A stretch of 64,000 nt of DNA from Kudoa neothunni (lineage: Eukaryota; Animalia; Cnidaria). How positions within the stretch are numbered: the stretch's first letter is position 1; each line of letters begins with the position of its first letter. Where the stretch lies: contig OZ199838.1 in NCBI GenBank assembly GCA_964304625.1, positions 10,299,817 through 10,363,816 on the forward strand, read 5' to 3'. Shown here piece by piece: positions 57,499-64,000 of this stretch. Made by a program: the position numbers and the translations under genes. The notes below the pieces were generated by a model. That model saw only the letters and a program-made list of their open reading frames with translations, was not told where the DNA came from and ran no database searches.

Positions 57499-58959
57499 TT
57501 AGGGCAAGGTAGTTAGAGACTCGGTGAATGAAAATTTGAAATTAATCCATGTGGGTGATGAGAAGTGGAAATCGGACAACTTCAGGGTTTCTTGTTTGTC
57601 ATTGTAGGTGGAATTTATTGATAACTGGTTACATTTTTTTCTACTATATCAATCGATTTAAAATGAATAAACCTAACAAAAATACGCAGCAAATGGTGTA
57701 GAATTGGACATTGGCCGAGATAAATCCTAGGAAAGTACCATTCACAAAAATACACACAAAAATCTGTATTACAACTTTAAACATTGGGCTGTTAAGTGCC
57801 TCCTTATGTTGTTCGTGTGGGGATTTGGAATCGGAATCTATCTCACCGTTGAATTTAGCCATGATTTTCATAATATCACTAAAATACATATAGTTAATAG
57901 TCAATTATCATAAAGTCCAGCTAAAAATGTGATACTTAATGTAAGGAATGATATTTTTATATTCTGATTCCATTGAGTTGTCTTCCAGAGATGTGTTCTC
58001 CTTATTCGAAACTATATCGCTTAATTTAATCCATTTCATTTGCTAGAACAAAAAACGAGAATCAGATAACGATAAAGTCAATCACATGACAAATACTTGA
58101 ACTTCCCCTCTAGTTTTAGGGTTTAGTGTGATTTTGTCATCAATATCAAATACAACATAATTGGCACTCTTTAACAGAAAATAATTCAAAAATACAAACA
58201 CTACTTCAAAACATGTTCTACCTGATTTTTACGATTATTCGAAATAAAATATTCCGGATTTATTTTATCGGCAATATCTAGACCAGTTTCTTCATATATC
58301 TAATCGTTGGAATGAAACAACGAAGAATGTAACAGTGTTTTTACTTCTCTAATGGCACACTGAATGTCAGTTTCATTTTGATTTAATTTACCCCCGGGAA
58401 ATCCCCACACGTTAGAATGAAATGATTTTTGGAGTAAAATCTATGTTGAATAACAAAAAATTAAAAATTTTTAATCAAAATATTGGTGGAATACTTTTGT
58501 TTGTTTTTTATTCAACAAAATTCCACCAAATACTGGTATTTCTCGTTTATATTTATTAAATTCAGATGATAATTTGAAGGCGCTTTTTTCGAAAACATTC
58601 AACGAAGGAAATGCATCCAGAACTGCAAAACATTACAATATTCGTCAATTGAATTAATAATAATCTTATTAAATACTTATTTGAAGGAAATTTTTAAATG
58701 AAATATAAGGAGCTTTGCCCGGCTTCTTTGGAATAACATTATCTATATAATACCAATGGGCGAGTTCAACGTTGAACATGAAACGTATTGGATCATTTTT
58801 TTCGTTTCCACTGACATTCAACAGAAAACGCCTAAAAATGCAGAAGTTATCTGATCCATGTATTTCTAACTAAAATTTAGAATACGCGCATAATTCATTT
58901 AATATTGATTTAGAAATAATTCTTGTTCTCTCCTTGGAGATTTGTTCATCTTTAGGCAT
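57499..58959 (-). CDS. DCP2: mRNA-decapping enzyme Dcp2 (Nudix), about 10 exons
   Basis: Box A LNELCA|RFLLN...RFMFNVELAHWYYID; YKREIPVFGGILL; Nudix box WGFPGGKLNQNETDIQCAIRE|IYEETGLDI; Phe-rich tail WINFKFS; stop at 57499. Confidence 0.93.
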
Positions 58960-59293
58960 TGTTAATTACCACCACAGAGACAAATAACTCAGCAACTCAC
59001 GAGCAATATCACACACACACGCACGCGCAGTACAATATAATAATTCCTTTTTAGTTTATGGGATCTTTAGAAAAATTTATCAATTTTTTTGAATATTTGG
59101 TGACTGTTAAAAGATTGTTTCAAAACTAATACGAGCAAAAAATCTGTTCAACAGCTATACGATCGTAATTATACCATTTGTGACGTTGGAAAAATCAAAT
59201 GAAAATGTTTAAAAATGAAAAAATTAAGAATCAACCAATCAAACACCATATAAACAAAATACACATAAATTTTCCTATTGATGCGTACCTCGG
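58960..59293. promoter_or_regulatory. Short divergent (probably bidirectional) promoter region between DCP2 and the PSMD5-like gene
   Basis: Head-to-head starts about 335 bp apart. CCAAT at 59235-59239 and TGACGT at 59181-59186. Confidence 0.45.
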
Positions 59294-60971
59294 ATGCGCG
59301 AGCGTCACCTACCTGCAAGAAAGATGATGGAGGACAAACAAATTACACCTTTCAACAGAATGATTGATATTATTGTCAATAAAAGAATAGATCAGAAGCT
59401 TTTTCCAACCCAAATTACAGCAATATCAATACATTTTGATTCGATCGAGCACACAGAAGATATTCACGAAAAAACCGATCAACTTTATTTTCTATTGCTT
59501 GAAATGTTACCGAATTCCACCATAGAAACATCCAAACAAATATTTTCGTATCTACTGCGAGCAACTCCTTATTTGGACAATAAAAACAGATTGCTCGAAT
59601 ATATTTCCGCAAACATTGGATTTTTGTTGAGTAGCAACTATAAAAAATATGTTTCCGTGCTGATAAATCTGCTGAGAATTCTGAGTTATACATTTAGAGA
59701 GAAAGTCATCGAAATTGTTTCTCAGAATTGTTGTGCGCTTTTCAACCTTTCCGAAGCTATTGAAGACAAGGTCATTGGCTCACCAATCAAGAGTTTTATT
59801 GCTTATATGTGCAAACAGAGTGAAGAATTCAAAAAACTATTTTTCAGTCACGTCCAACAACTAAGTGTGAATATAAAAGGTTTTGATGAAGGCTATAAAT
59901 TCATAGAATTTGTCGATGAGTTGATGAGCGAATTTGAACCTGGCGAATTGGATTCGTGTGAATCCCTTCCCAATTTACATATGATTTTGTATAACTGTGT
60001 CCACAGCATATTTTTGGAATCCAATGATGAGTTGTTACAGTGCTCGTTGTGCAATTTTTTCGCATCCAAGATAGGAGTTAATGTGGACTTTGTGGAACAA
60101 TTCCTTCCAAACAAGCCAGTTATTGATGATATGCTTAAACTTATTGATAATAGCGTATTTGAAAAACCTTTTGATAAAGAACTGTTAAGGTTGCTTTGTT
60201 ACATGTGTAAAGTTAAAGGTGTGGAATTTATGCAAAACCACCAAATCGAAAACCTATTTGTACGTATCTGTAATCGCAAAGATATCACTCCAGCAAATAT
60301 GGAATGCATTGCTAGAGGTTATTTTGAGTTGTTGGGCAATTATGAAATTTTTATGCTTCTCACCAGCAATTCAACCACAAAAGAGATCCAATCTATGAAT
60401 GAATCAATGCTATATCACATATCCACCATTATCAACTCACAATGCACTGGTGTTTCGTATATACCAGTGCTTAATCGTATCATTGCCTTCTTTTCTAACC
60501 ATACATACATTAATGGTGTCGAACTTCGTCATGATTTTCATGATTTTGTCGTAAGAAAACACAATTTCTTCAACCGTTTCATTGAGAAACGTTGTACATA
60601 CATTATAAAATCGTCGTTCGAAACTTTGGACTCAAAAATCCAAGAAATCGGACTGGAATTTGTCGATTCGTTGTTGAACTACTCCTGGGGATTTGCTGCT
60701 ATGGTTGATTGTTCTAGTATTATTTGTTTTTGGTTGTTTGCCAATCTCTTAAAATTAACTTATTTTAGAACTTTTGGATTATTTGTTGGAAAATAAAATC
60801 GGACTTAGTTTTGATTGTCAAGACCTGAAGAGAAAAATTTATAAAACTATTGCCAAAAGTGATACCTTCCTTAGTGTGGTTGATGAATCGGCTCAAGAAC
60901 AACTTAAACTTATTGCTCAAAATAAGGTACTTCCCAAAAGAATCCCGCTTTTGGCCACTAGCATGAAATAG
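59294..60971 (+). CDS. Helical-repeat protein resembling the proteasome assembly chaperone PSMD5/Hsm3 (2 exons)
   Basis: About 540 aa, Leu/Ile-rich. The C-terminal pattern LLNYSWGFAAMVDCS|KLLDYLLENK...DLKRKIYKTI recalls PSMD5 (PWAQ...PGFVEYVVDR...KYELVKAL). One 52-nt intron at ~60718-60769. Start may be 59324. Confidence 0.55.
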
Positions 60972-62534
60972 TGTGTGGTTTGACACACCCACTAAATAGA
61001 TGATTTTATTTTTTTGTAACTAACTTTTCTATCGAATCCAATTATTGGATGTGGTTGAATTTCGGCCCAACCGTCGTATTAACATTTAGAGTTAAGTTTC
61101 ATTTTCGAACTTGGTTTGGCTATTTGATTTCTATGTGTACATTACATTTTCGCGCTATACTCTACTGGTTTTCTTTTTGATAATCAAAAAACTTTTTTCT
61201 AATAAATAGTTAGTATTTTAAGTAGATAGTATATTATTTTTTCATGGGGTTTTTTCTAGAAAAAGCAACGACTGTTAGCCTAGATTCTTTAGGTTGTCCG
61301 ATTGCTTTCACTCTCGATGGGAATGATAACTCTAACTAATATTTGTTAACATTTTAATGATTTTATTTCAAGAAGCCATCAGTATCTGCCTGAATTTTTT
61401 CATACGAAATGCATGCATAAGTTATGCTAAATTCACAAATAGATAGGATCGTTAATAGTAGTTGAATACAAGGATGCACTAATAGGAATGAAAATTGTGG
61501 AATTTGCACAAAATATTTGAATTTACAATCACCGCAAGTAAGAAAGTTTATTTGTTGTTTCCATGAGCGCAATTTTTCAATAAAATTGAAGAGTTAGTCG
61601 CATTAGGTGATTAACCAAAGATAATCAAGTAACAATGTTATTATCATTTTTTATAATTTTGACACCACAATTAAAATTGTTAGATAACATATTGATAGTC
61701 GTAAATACATCTATGTTGGGTATTCCTCTTGTTTTCACATTGTGTAGGGATTTCACAGTGATATTTTTACTCGTTTCATAGCATAACTTTGTTTGCAGAA
61801 GTTTTTTATTAGATCCTAACGATATTGATTCAAAAAGATGATTATGTATCTCATTTAAGAATATGATTGTGAAAAATTTTCCAAATCGTTATTAGCTCAA
61901 AAAATAATGCTAGAGAGGCAGTAACCTCTATGTGTTGACGATTTTTGTTACCTTTGAACTTATTTTTTGTATAAAGAATCGAAAAAAAATACAAACTTTA
62001 TTGTGTAGTAAATTAAAGCTTCATTAAAATATTTTAGAATTTTATATTGGAAATTTCGTATTTTTCGCAATTCCCTTATTTTTAATTTGCAGGAATAAAG
62101 ATGTTCATAAAGTCAGCTTTCAATCCAAGAGAGGATTCCATCGTACAAATGACGATACAATGAAAACATAGATTCCTACACAGGTCACTGTAATCATGAA
62201 TATAAAACGTGTTTCCTTCTATTGTGGACATTAATTTCAGATAACGCATTAGAGTAAAATTTCAATGTTATTACAACTAATAATTTATTCATATTTTTAG
62301 CAATAACATTTAAGAATATAGAATTATGCTCACCGCTATTTAAATGCAAACAGTAAGATTATATATTGATTTTAATTATAAAATTAAACATTAATTTAAA
62401 TATATTTACTTTAAAGATTTACTGAACTCACTACATAGAATGCTCTAATGGTTTTCCATGAATAACGGTAATACTTAATATTCGTTGTAGATATGTAATA
62501 ATAGAGACATAAATATAATCTATAATTCAAATCT

Positions 62535-62557
62535 ATATATATATATATATATATATA
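62535..62557. repeat. (TA)n microsatellite
   Basis: Uninterrupted TA run. Confidence 0.85.
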
Positions 62558-64000
62558 ACAAATACAATTATTTCATTTTATAAAAACATAGTTTAGCGTA
62601 TTTTAACAGATTACATTGGCTAAACTCGATTAAACATATTAGGTACGATCAGAGATAATATGGTGGATGTATTTATGCATAAAAAACAATGTTTAATATT
62701 TGGTTCTTTAGTCTAAGAAACCTTTATTAATAAAAAATATAAATATGTATTTAACATTACTCATAAAAAAGCACGAAATTTATAATCACAGTATTAGAAC
62801 TTTCAATAGCTAAAATTTTCTCCAAAACGGTTAATTATGTTAGGCCAAAAATCATTGATTACAAATATAAATTTCAAATTTTATGTGAGTTTGTAGATTT
62901 GGAGTTATTCCCTCCCGTAGCGATAGCCAGTGCCTTACTTAATATCTATTTTTTAGCGCAAGCGCATGTGGTGAAAATTGGGTGGGTAACCAACCACTTT
63001 TTCTGTTTTTTCTATTTATTCTCATGTTGCACTAATAATAGCTCCAATAGGGAGATATAAAAAATTTTCGTAATAATTTTTGTATTATTCACAGAATATT
63101 TTGAAAATAAATAAGGTAGTTTATTTTGGAAAAGCAAAAATTTAAATTTATAATGTGTTCCAATATTTTGGTGTGATGTATCTCGAATAATTTCTTTATT
63201 TCTTTTAGATTTTCTATTTAATTTGTTCATTTTTAGACTAACTCTCGAAACAAACTCATGGAACTGTCCTCGACCGACCGTTATAAAATTGCTGTCTTTT
63301 GTGCCGTCCTTTATGCCATTGGCTAATTTATTTTCCTATTTTATTGTACTTCTGGACAGCTTTATATTTCTCGTTCTCGAAAGTTCGATCCATTCATTAT
63401 TATATCAATTAATTTGAATTTTTTCAAATATTTTTGATTTTATTGATACAATTGTATTCAATGTGGTGACTGATTTAAGGTCGGAGCGCCTAATGATGTT
63501 CGCTTTAAAGCCATTCTTAGTTCCTAATTTTTCTGATTATTTAATAACCTACACGTTTTCTTTAAGTAGGCGATAATTTTGCCTATTTTGCTACTGTGTA
63601 CTAACCATGCCAATGTAACCAAATAATAGATTTCAGGTGAGCAATAAGCATGCACTCCTATTTTCCCCAACGAAGAAATTATTTCTTAATTCTATAATTA
63701 TATTTATCAACGTATTTTAATCTTATCTCACGATTTATATCTATAGTTAATCCGTATATTTTGAATTTTCGACACTATTTCTAAAAGTGCGCAATAACCA
63801 TGCCAGGTAGTATCATTGCGCTGCTGTAGTTCGTATCCCGATGCTATACAGATTAATGATACATCTAATTTTAGTATTTATTCATTAAGTTTTTCGAATA
63901 TGTAATGGTTTTTGATTTTTTATAAATGCAAAATTTAATAATGAATATGTAATAAGTGGAAAAACCTGTGAATTGTGCGTTTAGGCTTTTGTTATTAATT

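Noticed and set aside
61260-62200. Possible decayed hAT transposase on the minus strand (VRWNPLLD resembling TRWNS)
   Set aside because: Single weak motif; no TIR or TSD found.
63801-63813. Minus-strand ATACTACCTGGCA resembling the U1 snRNA 5' end
   Set aside because: One base short of ATACTTACCTGG and no U1 stem-loops or Sm site follow on that strand.

Overview
AT-rich animal (eukaryotic) genomic DNA; no prokaryotic operons or CRISPR arrays. Spliced genes read by hand: two tandem, divergent nuclear receptor paralogs (453-7070, minus), OPA1 (14892-22489, minus), a PARN-family nuclease with a C-terminal hydrophobic tail (PNLDC1/Trimmer-like), ARPC3, a secreted M14 carboxypeptidase, DCP2 and a PSMD5-like helical-repeat protein. 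There is also an intronless actin with a CArG/TATA promoter. Most introns are about 39-60 nt, GT-AG, with unusually degenerate donor sites. Intergenic DNA is full of DNA transposons at various stages of decay: Tc1 DD34E, a long-TIR DD41D-like element, piggyBac, Merlin, hAT/Buster and derived MITEs, pogo/Tigger, plus possible Helitron and non-LTR remnants. Short introns, low GC, divergent proteins and a cnidarian-like actin suggest a reduced parasitic animal such as a myxozoan (inference only). The most novel-looking items are the receptor pair (Gln in the P-box, a shared LBD insertion, a shared uncharacterised C-terminal module) and the degenerate splice-donor signature. I found no clear-cut new multi-gene system.
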